The notes beneath the pieces were generated by a model. The model was not told the origin of the DNA. It searched no databases and was given only the letters and a program-made list of their open reading frames with translations. The position numbers were made by a program, and so were the translations under genes. From positions 2,397 to 66,396 of the forward strand of contig JBIQLF010000006.1 of NCBI GenBank assembly GCA_044464585.1: 64,000 nucleotides of DNA, in the 5' to 3' direction. Shown here piece after piece: positions 38,888 to 48,643 of the stretch. This stretch comes from Thermomicrobia bacterium (GTDB lineage Bacteria > Chloroflexota > Chloroflexia > Thermomicrobiales > UBA6265). The stretch's first letter is position 1. Each line of letters begins with the position of its first letter.

Positions 38888-39493
38888 CTATTCGACGCTT
38901 TCGATCGCTGCCCGCATTGCTCCAAGCGTGCCTTCGATATCGCCCGGAATCGATTCCACGAAATGCGTTCGTGGTCGCTGGCGCAACATTTCGAGCATCG
39001 CCGTATAGAGGTCTTCGATCGGCCGGGCGCCTTCTTTTTGCTGAAGGAGTAGCGCATCTCGATGATTCGAGTCTGTCGATTCCGCTCTGGCGGCGAACCG
39101 CATCGCTGCTTCGGCCGGACTGCTCACCAGCGCGATCTCGACGAACCGGGCGCCCGTTTCCTCGGCTACTTCTTGCAACTCCACTATGAAAGGAAGGCGA
39201 GCGAGAAACTGCGGCACGATCACATCGAGCCCAGCGGCTAGATGCGTCCGGATCATTCCGATCGCCAGGCGACGTGCCGCCAGTCCAGCCGCCATCGGAT
39301 CGACACTCCATTGCCCCAACTGCCCGCGCAACGTATCGATATCGAGCAGCAACGCCAGTCGTCGTTCATCGACCAGCCGCCGCGCCAGGGTCGATTTTCC
39401 GCTTCCGGGCGCGCCGTTGATCAACAACAGCAATGGGGACGTATGGTCCATCTCGGGTGCTCGTCTCCTGTCACGGTCCCGGGTATGAGTCAT
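38888..39493 (-). CDS. P-loop NTPase/kinase (AAA_33 / chloramphenicol-phosphotransferase-like fold, inferred)
   Basis: Walker A LLLLINGAPGSGKSTLARRL; ~200 aa; GGAG 6 nt before the ATG. Confidence 0.7.
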   Translation of the reverse strand: MTHTRDRDRRRAPEMDHTSPLLLLINGAPGSGKSTLARRLVDERRLALLLDIDTLRGQLGQWSVDPMAAGLAARRLAIGMIRTHLAAGLDVIVPQFLARLPFIVELQEVAEETGARFVEIALVSSPAEAAMRFAARAESTDSNHRDALLLQQKEGARPIEDLYTAMLEMLRQRPRTHFVESIPGDIEGTLGAMRAAIESVE

Positions 39494-39575
39494 CTGGACT
39501 CCGTATGACCCGATCGATAAGGCATCTGGAGGACGGAACCTACTGTCCGTACACTTTCCGAGTGTCTCTGAGTCA

Positions 39576-39584
39576 TGCTATAGT
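39576..39584 (+). promoter_or_regulatory. Candidate extended -10 (TGcTATAGT) for ftsK
   Basis: TGCTATAGT in an AT-rich patch 83 nt before the ftsK ATG; no convincing -35. Confidence 0.25.
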
Positions 39585-39596
39585 CTACGGATAGAG

Positions 39597-39606
39597 TGTA
39601 CGTACA
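39597..39606. promoter_or_regulatory. 10-bp palindrome TGTACGTACA, copy 2 (kinase/ftsK divergent region)
   Basis: Read directly; 13 nt downstream of the candidate ftsK -10. Confidence 0.4.
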
Positions 39607-39666
39607 TGCTGGGCGGCCTCCGAATCCCGGATCTGCCGGCATCCTTCCCCGATCGGGTAGCGTCCC

Positions 39667-41904
39667 ATGGCCAGCACATCGCGAGCTCGAACCCAGCCTC
39701 GTCCCTCGACCAGCGCTCGCCAGCGCCGCCAGACCCAGCCCGAACCTGGGATGGCCGATCGCATCCGCGCGCGCTGGAATGCGCAATGGAACGGCCAGTT
39801 TCTCTCGGATGACACCCGCCGGAAGCTCCTGGGAGCCCTCCCGGTCGCGATCGGACTCATCTTCGCCTGGGTGCTGATGAGCCACGGTCGCGATGGCCGG
39901 GTTGCCGCCTGGACATTCGATCTGCTGCACGGCATCGCCGGGAATGGCGCGTTTCTGATTCCGGTCTTTTTCATCATGACGGGTTTCAAAACCATCCTCG
40001 ACGAACATCATCCGATGCCGGTTGGTAAACAGATCGCCGGCGGCGCCTTGCTCGGCGGTTCCATTCTGGCCCTGCTCGCGTTTGCAGGCGAGACCAAGCG
40101 CACCGGCGGCGGCATAGTGGGCGACAATCTTGCTCTGCTGCTCGCGCATTACATGCCCGAATGGCTCTGCGCGTTGGTGCTGCTGGCCGCGGGCGCCTGT
40201 GGCGTTTTTCTTCTGACACGCACCGATCCTCGCCGCTTTTATGCCGATCTCCATGCGCTCTGGCGCCAATTCCGTCCCGTCCAAATCCGTGTCGAATCCG
40301 CCCCTGCCCGGCTCACCGAAACCGCGGCCTTCGCACCGGTGCCACGTCGCTCTGCGCCACGGCAACCGACCGGGAGCGAAAGGCTGGAGCAAGCTCCCTT
40401 GCCGCCCCCGGTCGCTCCTGTGATCAATTATCCAAGCGCCGCTCAGAAAAGCGAAAAGGCCGACGGAAAAAAGGCCAAGCCGGTCCAAATCAGCAATGCC
40501 AATCTGCCGCTTCCCGATCTCACGCAGCTCAAATACTACGAGGGCCGCGAGGTCGATACCTCGGAGCTGGAAAACAAGGCGACCCTGATCGAGGAGACGC
40601 TCTCCAGCTTCAAGGTCGATGCCCATGTCCGCGAAATCAATCCCGGACCAGCCGTCACCCAGTACACGCTCGAACCCGGAACCGGCGTGAAGGTCCGCCG
40701 CATCACCGAGCTGCAAAACGATCTGGCGCTGGCGCTGGCCGCACCCAGTATCCGTATCGAAGCGCCCGTGCCGGGTATGGCCCGGGTTGGTATCGAAATC
40801 CCGAACGATCAGGTCACCACGGTCGGCCTGCGGGAAACGCTCGAATCGAATCAGTTCAGCAAGGGCAAGGCAAAGCTTCCCGTGCCCCTGGGGCGTGATG
40901 TCAATGGTCGCTATGTCGTTGGCGATCTCACCAAGATGCCCCATCTGCTCATTGCCGGGGCCACCGGCTCGGGCAAGAGCGTATGTCTCAATGGCATCAT
41001 CTCGACCTTCTTGCTCACACGTTCGCCAGACGATGTCAAGCTCTTGATGTTCGATCCCAAGATGGTCGAATTGACCGGGTACAACGGTGTGCCGCATCTG
41101 CAATGCCCTGTCGTCACCGAGATGGACAAGGTGGTCGGTGCGCTCCGTCTGGTCGTGAATGAGATGCAGCGCCGGTACGATCTCTTCTCCAAGGCAGGCG
41201 TACGCAACCTCGACGGCTATCGTATGAAGATTTCGGATGAGCCGAAAGCCGAGAAGGTTCCGTACCTCGTGGTCATCCTCGACGAGCTCGCCGACCTGAT
41301 GCTCACCTCGCCAATGGAAGTCGAGGGGCTGATTCAGCGATTGACCCAGATGGGGCGTGCCGCCGGAATCCATTTGATCCTGGCGACCCAGCGTCCCTCG
41401 GTCGATGTCATCACCGGTATCATCAAGGCCAATGTTCCGGCCCGTATCGCGTTTGCCGTGTCATCCCAAACCGATAGCCGGGTCATCCTCGATATGCCCG
41501 GCGCCGAGCGCCTGCTCGGACGCGGCGATATGCTCTACCTACCGCCCGATGCCGCCAAACCAGTGCGTATCCAGGGAGCATTCGTCGAGGACAACGATGT
41601 CCATTTCATCGTCGGGCATTGGCATGCGGTGACGCCCATTCCCCAATATGCCCAGGAATGGCTCGATTTGCCCAGCTCGTCCGGGGGCGACGCTGGCGAC
41701 GGCGGCTACGACGACGATCCCCTCATGGAAAAAGCGCTCGCGGTGGTGCGGGAACAGGGGGTGGCCTCGGCCTCGATGCTCCAGCGCCGTCTGCGCATCG
41801 GCTACAACCGCGCGGCGCGCTTGATCGAGCAAATGGAGGACGATGGCATTATCGGGCCCGCCGACGGAATCAAAGGTCGTCCCGTGCTCGATATGGACGT
41901 ATAA
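39667..41904 (+). CDS. ftsK: DNA translocase FtsK
   Basis: N-terminal TM segments, Pro/Ala-rich linker, Walker [13 protein letters not shown]-terminal gamma w[26 protein letters not shown]. Confidence 0.95.
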   Translation: MASTSRARTQPRPSTSARQRRQTQPEPGMADRIRARWNAQWNGQFLSDDTRRKLLGALPVAIGLIFAWVLMSHGRDGRVAAWTFDLLHGIAGNGAFLIPVFFIMTGFKTILDEHHPMPVGKQIAGGALLGGSILALLAFAGETKRTGGGIVGDNLALLLAHYMPEWLCALVLLAAGACGVFLLTRTDPRRFYADLHALWRQFRPVQIRVESAPARLTETAAFAPVPRRSAPRQPTGSERLEQAPLPPPVAPVINYPSAAQKSEKADGKKAKPVQISNANLPLPDLTQLKYYEGREVDTSELENKATLIEETLSSFKVDAHVREINPGPAVTQYTLEPGTGVKVRRITELQNDLALALAAPSIRIEAPVPGMARVGIEIPNDQVTTVGLRETLESNQFSKGKAKLPVPLGRDVNGRYVVGDLTKMPHLLIAGATGSGKSVCLNGIISTFLLTRSPDDVKLLMFDPKMVELTGYNGVPHLQCPVVTEMDKVVGALRLVVNEMQRRYDLFSKAGVRNLDGYRMKISDEPKAEKVPYLVVILDELADLMLTSPMEVEGLIQRLTQMGRAAGIHLILATQRPSVDVITGIIKANVPARIAFAVSSQTDSRVILDMPGAERLLGRGDMLYLPPDAAKPVRIQGAFVEDNDVHFIVGHWHAVTPIPQYAQEWLDLPSSSGGDAGDGGYDDDPLMEKALAVVREQGVASASMLQRRLRIGYNRAARLIEQMEDDGIIGPADGIKGRPVLDMDV

Positions 41905-41974
41905 TTCGCACACCTGTTCGACGTTCGTCTTGACAGAATCTCACAGTGAACGGGTCGCCTCGAAAGGTTTCAGA

Positions 41975-42586
41975 TTGTCTTCGACATCGTCCAGTATTGC
42001 AGTCAAACCGGTTTCAGATCTGATCGAGGAACTCGGCCGGCTGCCTGGCATCGGTCCCAAATCCGCGTCGCGGCTCGCGTTTTCGATCCTGCGCGGACCA
42101 CGGGAGGATGCCCAGGCGCTGGCCGAAGCGATTCTGACGGTGAAGGAGCGGGTCTTCTTCTGCTCGCGCTGCTTCAATATCACCGAAACCGAACCATGCG
42201 CCATCTGCTCCGATCCGACCCGCGATCCGATGATCTGCGTGGTGGAAGAACCGCTCGATGTGCTGGCGCTCGATCGCACCGGCCAGTTCCGGGGGAAATA
42301 CCATGTGCTGCACGGAGCGATTTCGCCGATCGATGGTATCGGTCCCGGCAAGCTGCGGATCGCCGAACTGATCGAGCGGGTGAAAACCGAAAAACCGGAC
42401 GAGGTGATTCTCGCCACCAACCTCGATATGCCGGGTGAGGCGACCGCCTCGATTCTTCATAGCATGCTGGTGCCGCTGGGTGTACGAGTGACCCGCCCGG
42501 CCACCGGATTGCCGGCCGGTGGCGATCTCGAATACGCCGATGATGTTACGCTCGGTCGGGCCATTGCCGGCCGCCGGACACTCTGA
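41975..42586 (+). CDS. recR: Recombination protein RecR (start uncertain: TTG 41975 or 41930)
   Basis: ...[21 protein letters not shown]..., Zn finger [16 protein letters not shown], Toprim [15 protein letters not shown]. Confidence 0.92.
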   Translation: MSSTSSSIAVKPVSDLIEELGRLPGIGPKSASRLAFSILRGPREDAQALAEAILTVKERVFFCSRCFNITETEPCAICSDPTRDPMICVVEEPLDVLALDRTGQFRGKYHVLHGAISPIDGIGPGKLRIAELIERVKTEKPDEVILATNLDMPGEATASILHSMLVPLGVRVTRPATGLPAGGDLEYADDVTLGRAIAGRRTL

Positions 42587-42663
42587 GATGCCAGGCGAGG
42601 CTCATCGAACGCCACTTGGCGCCGGCTCCCGATCTTTGCGCACATTCTGTTGCCTCTCGATAT

Positions 42664-42692
42664 TTGTTCGGCCCAGTTGCCGGGCGTAGAAT
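42664..42692 (+). promoter_or_regulatory. Candidate promoter giving a leaderless mRNA for the tandem-GNAT gene
   Basis: TTGTTC, 17 nt spacer, TAGAAT, then only 7 nt to ATG 42700; no SD sequence. Confidence 0.35.
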
Positions 42693-42699
42693 CTGATCA

Positions 42700-43854
42700 A
42701 TGCAACCGTCGGCACGTCGTTCTTCTGCTTCCCATCTACAGGCGCTCGGACGGGCCTCGGATGGCGATTTTGTCTCTACCCCGCGGACTTCTTCCGCCAA
42801 TTCGGAGCCTCGGATTCCGGAAGTTGCCGCCCAGAACCGGCCCTTCGAGCTGGACATCCGGCTTGCCCGGTTCACCGACCTTCCGGCAATTGGCCGCATC
42901 GAGCGCGTCTACCCTCTTTGGCAACCGCAGCTGAGTGTCAGCAGATACAACCCGGCCAGCTCGCTGCTCGGGGCGCGCCTGCAACGGCGCGCCGGCAAGT
43001 CCGTCATGCTGCTGGCCTCCGCTGGGGGGCAGACCGTCGCATTCGCCGATTTCAAACCATCGATGCCCGACCATCGCTGGCAACTGCAAGCGCTGGGAGC
43101 CTCGACCGGGGTCTACGATCCCAGTCCCATCTGGGAAGAGATTCTGGCGGCAGGTATCCGGCACGCGGGATTCGATGGCGTCAAGCGGCTCTATGCGCGA
43201 GCCACTGCCGGGACCAATGCGTATATCGCGCTCCGGGCGGCTGGATTCGCTCCCTACGCGGTCGAAACCATCTATGTGGCCGATTCCCCCCGTACGATCG
43301 GCGCCGAGGTTTCGATGCGAGAACAGGAGTCGACCGATACCTGGGCGATTCACCAGCTGTACAACGCATCGGTTCCCAGAAATGTGCTCTATGCCGAAGC
43401 CCTCACCTCGCATGCGTGGGATATCGAGCATTCACGCCGGCCGGGCGCCCAGCAGATTGCTGGCTGGCTGGCAGACGATGTCTCCAATATCGCGGCGTAT
43501 GTACGCGTTGCCAGCGATCATGGGGTCCATTGCATCGACTTGACATTTGCACCGGGCGCGGCAAAGCGGGCAGCCGCTTTGCTCGACGCCGTCTTGCGGC
43601 GCATGCGGTTGGAAAAGCGTATCAATCGCGTCTACATCACGCTGCGCGCCTATCAACAGGAAATCGAACCGGCCCTGGCCAGACTGGGGTTCACCCCGGG
43701 TCTGACCCAGGAGTCACTCGTGCGTTATACAGCGGCGCCATTACGGGCGGTAACAGTGGAGGGTTCCGTCCAGCACGTAGATCTCGGCGATCGGGTGCCG
43801 AGCCAGGCTCCTTCGATTCTGACCGTCGCTCCGCATAAGAGCGGAAATGAATGA
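42700..43854 (+). CDS. Hypothetical protein with two GNAT-like acetyltransferase halves (inferred)
   Basis: 384 aa; two segments each ending in a ...LYARA/ITLRAY...A(L/Y)...AGF.P-type block typical of GNAT C-termini; no acetyl-CoA motif verified. Confidence 0.55.
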   Translation: MQPSARRSSASHLQALGRASDGDFVSTPRTSSANSEPRIPEVAAQNRPFELDIRLARFTDLPAIGRIERVYPLWQPQLSVSRYNPASSLLGARLQRRAGKSVMLLASAGGQTVAFADFKPSMPDHRWQLQALGASTGVYDPSPIWEEILAAGIRHAGFDGVKRLYARATAGTNAYIALRAAGFAPYAVETIYVADSPRTIGAEVSMREQESTDTWAIHQLYNASVPRNVLYAEALTSHAWDIEHSRRPGAQQIAGWLADDVSNIAAYVRVASDHGVHCIDLTFAPGAAKRAAALLDAVLRRMRLEKRINRVYITLRAYQQEIEPALARLGFTPGLTQESLVRYTAAPLRAVTVEGSVQHVDLGDRVPSQAPSILTVAPHKSGNE

Positions 43855-43914
43855 GCCGTTCCCCGTGCTTGGCCGCGCGACGTGGTTCGAACGACCACGG
43901 CAAAGGAGCATCGA

Positions 43915-45753
43915 TTGAGTACATCACAGATCCATAGTGCCGATTTCCATGACGATGATTTCGAGGAATATGCGGTCACCGAACATGAGGTGACCGATAA
44001 CCTGGACGATCTGCTGTCGGTCTTGCCGCCGCGTATTCGCGACGAAATTCACGACCTCACCACCGACGGCTCCCGTGGAAGTCTCATCGAAATCGTCATG
44101 GATCTTGGCCGAAAAGCCGAAGCCCGATTTCAGGATGCCGAATTCGACATCGGTGACCAGGATGTCAGCCGGGAAGAGCTCGAATATGTGGCAGCTCGCA
44201 TCGGGCAATTCGGGGAAGACAACCGCGCCGGCATCGAGCGAACCCTGCATCGCATTTCCGCGATTCGCAATCGTGGCGGCGAGGTCGTTGGGCTGACCTG
44301 TCGCATCGGCCGGGCGGTCTATGGCACGATCGCCATCATTCGCGATCTGGTCGAATCGGGGGAGAGCCTCCTCCTGCTCGGGCGCCCTGGCGTTGGCAAA
44401 ACGACGATGCTCCGCGAAGTGGCCCGTGTGCTTGCGGACGATCTGCACCGGCGCGTGATCGTGGTCGATACCTCGAACGAAATTGCCGGGGACGGCGATA
44501 TTCCGCATCCGGCGATCGGTCGTGCCCGGCGCATGCAGGTGCCGACTCCCACCGCCCAGCATGGAGTGATGATCGAGGCGGTCGAAAACCACATGCCCGA
44601 GGTCATCGTCATCGATGAGATCGGCACCGAGCTGGAAGCCGGCGCCGCGCGCACCATCGCCGAACGCGGCGTGCAGCTCATCGGCACCGCCCATGGCAAT
44701 ACGCTCGAAAACCTGATGATGAACCCGACGCTTTCGGACCTCATCGGCGGAATTCAATCCGTCACGCTCTCCGACGAGGAGGCCCGCCGCCGCGGCACCC
44801 AGAAATCGATCCTCGAACGGAAAGCGCCGCCCACCTTCACCATCATGGTCGAATTGCTCGGCCGTGAAGAAGTGGCCGTCCATCGCGATGTGGCCCAGAC
44901 CGTCGATGCGATTCTGCGTGGCGCTCCTGTGCGCCCCGAGGTTCGCCGGCGTGCGCCGGACGGCACCCTCGATATCGAATCGCCCGAAGAACTCCGCCGG
45001 AGTCCCTCCCAACCGCCAGTGCGTCCCGCGCAGACCCATGCGCGTGGTGAGGCACCGGCGCCGCAGGGGCGAACCAGGCAGACGCCGGAGCATTCCTTCG
45101 AACGACCGGCCGAGCTCGAGACCCCCCGGCAACCATCGCATCTCACGGTGCTGCCGGCTGTTGGCGGATTCAATTTCAAGGGACGCGGCACTCCCGAAAA
45201 ACCGGTCCGGATCTATCCATTCGGCGTCAGTCGGAACCGGCTCGCGGACGCGATCGACGGACTCCACGCTCCGGCGATCATCACACGCGATCCCCGAGAT
45301 GCCGATGTCGTGCTCACGCTCAAGAGCTATTTCCGAACCAAACCCCAGCCGATTCGCGATGCCGAATCGCGCGGCACACCCGTCTATGTATTGCGTTCCA
45401 ATACTTCGGCGCAGATGGAACATGCGCTCGGAGCCTTGCTGCCCGCGCCCATCGAACCAGAGGACGGCATCGTGCCGCTGGCCCCGCCGGTCGAGCGGCC
45501 CCAGGCGCCGGTTGCGTCGCCGTCACCCGCGAACCGCCGCGTATCAGGGGGCGGTGTCGCCGCTGCGCTCGAAGAAACCGAGGATGCCATCGGCGCGGTC
45601 ATCGGTGGGATGCCGAGTATCGTGCTTGCCCCCCAATCGAAATATGTCCGCCGCCTGCAACATCAGCTTGCCGATCGATATAACATCGGCTCGCGTAGCA
45701 AGGGGCGGGAACCCAACCGCCGCGTCGAGCTCTACCGCGAAGGCGCATTCTAG
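43915..45753 (+). CDS. R3H-domain AAA ATPase (SpoIIIAA/Ycf45-like)
   Basis: Walker [15 protein letters not shown], Walker [14 protein letters not shown]; Pro/Arg-rich linker; C-terminal ...[29 protein letters not shown] (R3H-like). TTG 43915 preceded by AAGGAG at 6 nt; alternative GTG 43882. Confidence 0.8.
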   Translation: MSTSQIHSADFHDDDFEEYAVTEHEVTDNLDDLLSVLPPRIRDEIHDLTTDGSRGSLIEIVMDLGRKAEARFQDAEFDIGDQDVSREELEYVAARIGQFGEDNRAGIERTLHRISAIRNRGGEVVGLTCRIGRAVYGTIAIIRDLVESGESLLLLGRPGVGKTTMLREVARVLADDLHRRVIVVDTSNEIAGDGDIPHPAIGRARRMQVPTPTAQHGVMIEAVENHMPEVIVIDEIGTELEAGAARTIAERGVQLIGTAHGNTLENLMMNPTLSDLIGGIQSVTLSDEEARRRGTQKSILERKAPPTFTIMVELLGREEVAVHRDVAQTVDAILRGAPVRPEVRRRAPDGTLDIESPEELRRSPSQPPVRPAQTHARGEAPAPQGRTRQTPEHSFERPAELETPRQPSHLTVLPAVGGFNFKGRGTPEKPVRIYPFGVSRNRLADAIDGLHAPAIITRDPRDADVVLTLKSYFRTKPQPIRDAESRGTPVYVLRSNTSAQMEHALGALLPAPIEPEDGIVPLAPPVERPQAPVASPSPANRRVSGGGVAAALEETEDAIGAVIGGMPSIVLAPQSKYVRRLQHQLADRYNIGSRSKGREPNRRVELYREGAF

Positions 45754-46395
45754 GTGCGCCGGGGCGAATTCATCGCGTTCGAGGGGATCGACGGTTCCGG
45801 AAAATCGACGCAGTCACGCATGCTGGCCGAGCGCATTCGAGCGCTCGGCCGCACGGTCGTTCTCACTCGCGAGCCAGGGGGCACACCCATTGGGGAAGCG
45901 ATTCGGGGGCTGCTTTTCGATCGTTCGCTGGGCGACTTCGAACCGAGAACCGAAGCGCTCCTGCACAGCGCCGCGCGTGCCCAGCACGTGGCCGATGTGA
46001 TCGAACCCGCGCTCATGCGGGGCGAGGCGGTGATCACCGACCGCTTCATCGATTCGACTCTTGCCTATCAAGGTGGCGGAAATCATCTCTCGCTGGTCGA
46101 TCTGGAGACGATTCAATCGTTCGCCGTGCGGGGGACCTATCCGGATTTTCGCATCCTCATCGACGTACCCCCGGAGACGGGTCTGGCACGTCGCCTGGCG
46201 GACGCGGCGCATGTCAATCGCATCGATGAAGCCGGTCTGGCGTACCATTCGCGGGTTGCGGAGACCTTCCGCCAGCTTGCTTCGGTTCATCCCGAACGAT
46301 GGTTCGTAGTCGATGGATCTCGACCCGAGGCGGAGGTGAGTGCCAGCATCGTGCAGGCAATCCGCAACCGATTCGCATCGCTGAGCGATATGTAA
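45754..46395 (+). CDS. tmk: Thymidylate kinase
   Basis: GEFIAFEGIDGSGKSTQ...TREPGGTPIGEAIR. Confidence 0.95.
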   Translation: MRRGEFIAFEGIDGSGKSTQSRMLAERIRALGRTVVLTREPGGTPIGEAIRGLLFDRSLGDFEPRTEALLHSAARAQHVADVIEPALMRGEAVITDRFIDSTLAYQGGGNHLSLVDLETIQSFAVRGTYPDFRILIDVPPETGLARRLADAAHVNRIDEAGLAYHSRVAETFRQLASVHPERWFVVDGSRPEAEVSASIVQAIRNRFASLSDM

Positions 46396-46432
46396 GACAG
46401 ACCGGTGCGTTGCAGCGTTGCGGGACTGAACC

Positions 46433-46765
46433 ATGAAACTTGCCATCGTCCAGATCAAAGGCTCGCGAGCGGAGACGGTCGTGCGTGGGTTGCTCCAGCG
46501 AGGATTCGCGGTCGATGTGATCGGTCAGGAAACGTACCGGGGCGAACAGAGCCGGACATCGGCTCTTGTGCCCGTTCAGGAAGGGTACCTGCCCGATCTG
46601 CTGCGCTTTGTCGAAGAGCAGGGGCTCGCCGTTGTCAAAATGTCGAACCCCATGCTACCGCTGGTCGATCCCGCGGAGTATCATGTCAGCAGCCCCGTAC
46701 CGTCGCTCGATGGCGGCGCAACCGTCTATATCCTCAATCTGAGCCGGTACGAGCGGATTCGATGA
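46433..46765 (+). CDS. PII-like cyclic-di-AMP receptor (DarA/YaaQ/PstA family, DUF970)
   Basis: MKLAIVQIKGSRAETVVRGLLQRGF...GGATVYILNLSRYERI; ~110 aa; directly after tmk, as in Bacillus. Confidence 0.75.
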   Translation: MKLAIVQIKGSRAETVVRGLLQRGFAVDVIGQETYRGEQSRTSALVPVQEGYLPDLLRFVEEQGLAVVKMSNPMLPLVDPAEYHVSSPVPSLDGGATVYILNLSRYERIR

Positions 46766-46808
46766 CCGGCCGGATCGACATCGGGGCACGCCCCTGCGGA
46801 GTTCCAGT

Positions 46809-47741
46809 TTGGAAGAGATTCTAGCCAGGGCGTTACAGGTCTTCCTGGCGCTTGCCGGGGGCTATCTCATCGTCCTTTGGTTCGCACTCGTCGTTTGGAC
46901 CTATCGTGATATTGGCTCGCGCAGCCAAAGCGTCGTCACGCAGATCTTTGCCACCCTTCTTTCGTTGCTCTTTTTCGTGCCTGGGACCCTGCTCTATATG
47001 CTCATGCGCCCCCGCACGACGCTGGACGAGGCATTCCAGCGATCTTTGGAAGAGGAATATCTTCTCCAGGACTTGGAAGAGACCTCGCTCTGTCCTGCCT
47101 GCCAGCGGCAAGTCTCCGACGACTACGTTCTCTGTCCGCATTGCCAGGCCAACCTGAAGCAGGCGTGTTCATCCTGCAGCCAGCTCATCAAGATCGGTTG
47201 GCCCGTTTGTCCCTATTGCGGCTCGGACCAGACCGAACAGGCTATCGCTATCCGCGAGCGGGTCGAACCTCCGGCTGACCGGTATCTCGAACGCGGATCG
47301 CGCACCTTCCGCCAGGTTGGCGCCCCCAGTGTCCGCGAGATTCCGATGCCAGAACCGTCGCTCGACCAGGGATATCCGGCCGAGCTCGTCGCGGCGGAGA
47401 TCGAAGCCGAGTTGGCCTCGGAGTCGGCGGCGCCCGCGCCGCAGGTGGATGACAGCGCGCCGATCAAGCTCTTCGACCGCAAGCGCACCCGTGCAAAAAA
47501 GCAGAAAACCGCCGTCCCCGAAGAACCGAATTCGGTGCCGGCCGATCGACTGGAAACCGAACTCGCGCAGGCGGCGGTCGAAGATACCGTGGTCATCTCC
47601 AATTTCGTCGCCAATGGCAACGGGAATGGCAAGCATCCCCATGTCGAAGAGCAGCCGGATCAAGCCGAACCCGCTGCCGCGGAATCGACCACCGAATCGG
47701 ACGACGGCGAAATCATCGTCCGGTCGACGATTTCCCGCTGA
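46809..47741 (+). CDS. Membrane protein with double zinc-ribbon and acidic disordered tail
   Basis: Two N-terminal TM helices; CPACQ...CPHCQ...CSSCS...CPYCG. Confidence 0.7.
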   Translation: MEEILARALQVFLALAGGYLIVLWFALVVWTYRDIGSRSQSVVTQIFATLLSLLFFVPGTLLYMLMRPRTTLDEAFQRSLEEEYLLQDLEETSLCPACQRQVSDDYVLCPHCQANLKQACSSCSQLIKIGWPVCPYCGSDQTEQAIAIRERVEPPADRYLERGSRTFRQVGAPSVREIPMPEPSLDQGYPAELVAAEIEAELASESAAPAPQVDDSAPIKLFDRKRTRAKKQKTAVPEEPNSVPADRLETELAQAAVEDTVVISNFVANGNGNGKHPHVEEQPDQAEPAAAESTTESDDGEIIVRSTISR

Positions 47742-47742
47742 T

Positions 47743-48636
47743 TCAGGACTGCGTATGTCTGGAGTTTCCGATCGATTCTGGAATGCGGGTCGGTTCCAGA
47801 TCGGGCCGGATCCGGAAATTGAATTTGGTCCGGAAGGCAGCGTAGAAATCTGATTCTCCGACCGAGATCAACCGGCAATGGTTCTCGCCGCGGCGTACCC
47901 GCACTACCTCGTCCGGCGCCAGCTCGCCCACGATGCGCCCGTCCAGAATCAGACTCGCATCGTAGCGCGATGTGAAGAGCAGATCGATCCGCGCCGACTC
48001 CGCCACCACCATTGGGGTTCGAATGGGGGAATGGCAACTGATCGGCACGATGGCGAATCCCTTCACCCCCGCCGTCAGGATCGGACCGCCAGCCGCCATG
48101 CAATAGGCCGTGCTTCCGCGCGAAGTCGCCACGATCAATCCGTCACCGGGAAATGTGTTTACGTAATAGCCGTCGACATAGAGTTCGATATCGATCATGC
48201 GGACACCGCTGCGGATCACCACATCGTTGATCGCCCAACCATGATCTTCCTCCCCGTGACGGGTCTGGATCGACGCCTGCAGGGTCGAGCTTTCTTCGAT
48301 GGTGTAATGACCCGAGACCAGCGCGTCCAGCGCATCTTTCCAGTTGTCTCGTTCCACCTTGGCGAGAAAACCGACTTTGCCGAAATTGATTCCCAGCAAA
48401 GGCGCATTGGGATACGCCTTGGCCGCTCGCATCATCAGCCCATCACCGCCGAGCACCAGGATGGCGTCGACCTGTTTGACGGCATTGGGGGAGAGCTCGT
48501 CTTCCTCGACAACCGTGATCCCCAGTTCGGCCACCGTCTGCCGAATTTCCGCGGCAAGCTGGTGGGCTTCTGGTTTGCTCAGAGCCGCTACGAGCCCAAG
48601 GGCCGCCGGCCGCGTCGCATCAATCGAATCGCTCAT
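47743..48636 (-). CDS. nadK: NAD+ kinase
   Basis: ...ILVLGGDGLMMRAA...GINFGKVGFL...FPGDGLIVATSRGSTAYCMAAGGPIL. Confidence 0.94.
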   Translation of the reverse strand: MSDSIDATRPAALGLVAALSKPEAHQLAAEIRQTVAELGITVVEEDELSPNAVKQVDAILVLGGDGLMMRAAKAYPNAPLLGINFGKVGFLAKVERDNWKDALDALVSGHYTIEESSTLQASIQTRHGEEDHGWAINDVVIRSGVRMIDIELYVDGYYVNTFPGDGLIVATSRGSTAYCMAAGGPILTAGVKGFAIVPISCHSPIRTPMVVAESARIDLLFTSRYDASLILDGRIVGELAPDEVVRVRRGENHCRLISVGESDFYAAFRTKFNFRIRPDLEPTRIPESIGNSRHTQS

Positions 48637-48643
48637 CGGTCGC

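Noticed and set aside
38888-39493. P-loop protein upstream of imuB as the missing ImuA
   Set aside because: It has a classical kinase-type Walker A (GAPGSGKST) and a ~200-aa AAA_33/CPT-like layout, not a RecA/SulA-like ImuA. It is also separated from imuB by a hairpin and by the LexA-box promoter.
39490-41373. 627-aa minus-strand ORF antisense to ftsK
   Set aside because: This is the same artefact. The + strand has the Walker A/B motifs and gamma domain of FtsK, while the antisense product is Arg/Gly/His-rich with no motif.
43878-43900. tRNA-like T-arm (CGTGGT-tcgaacg-ACCACG containing GGTTCGAAC)
   Set aside because: No matching acceptor stem (cctttgc) or anticodon/D arms lie upstream, and the segment sits at the start of the R3H ATPase gene. 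It is not a tRNA.
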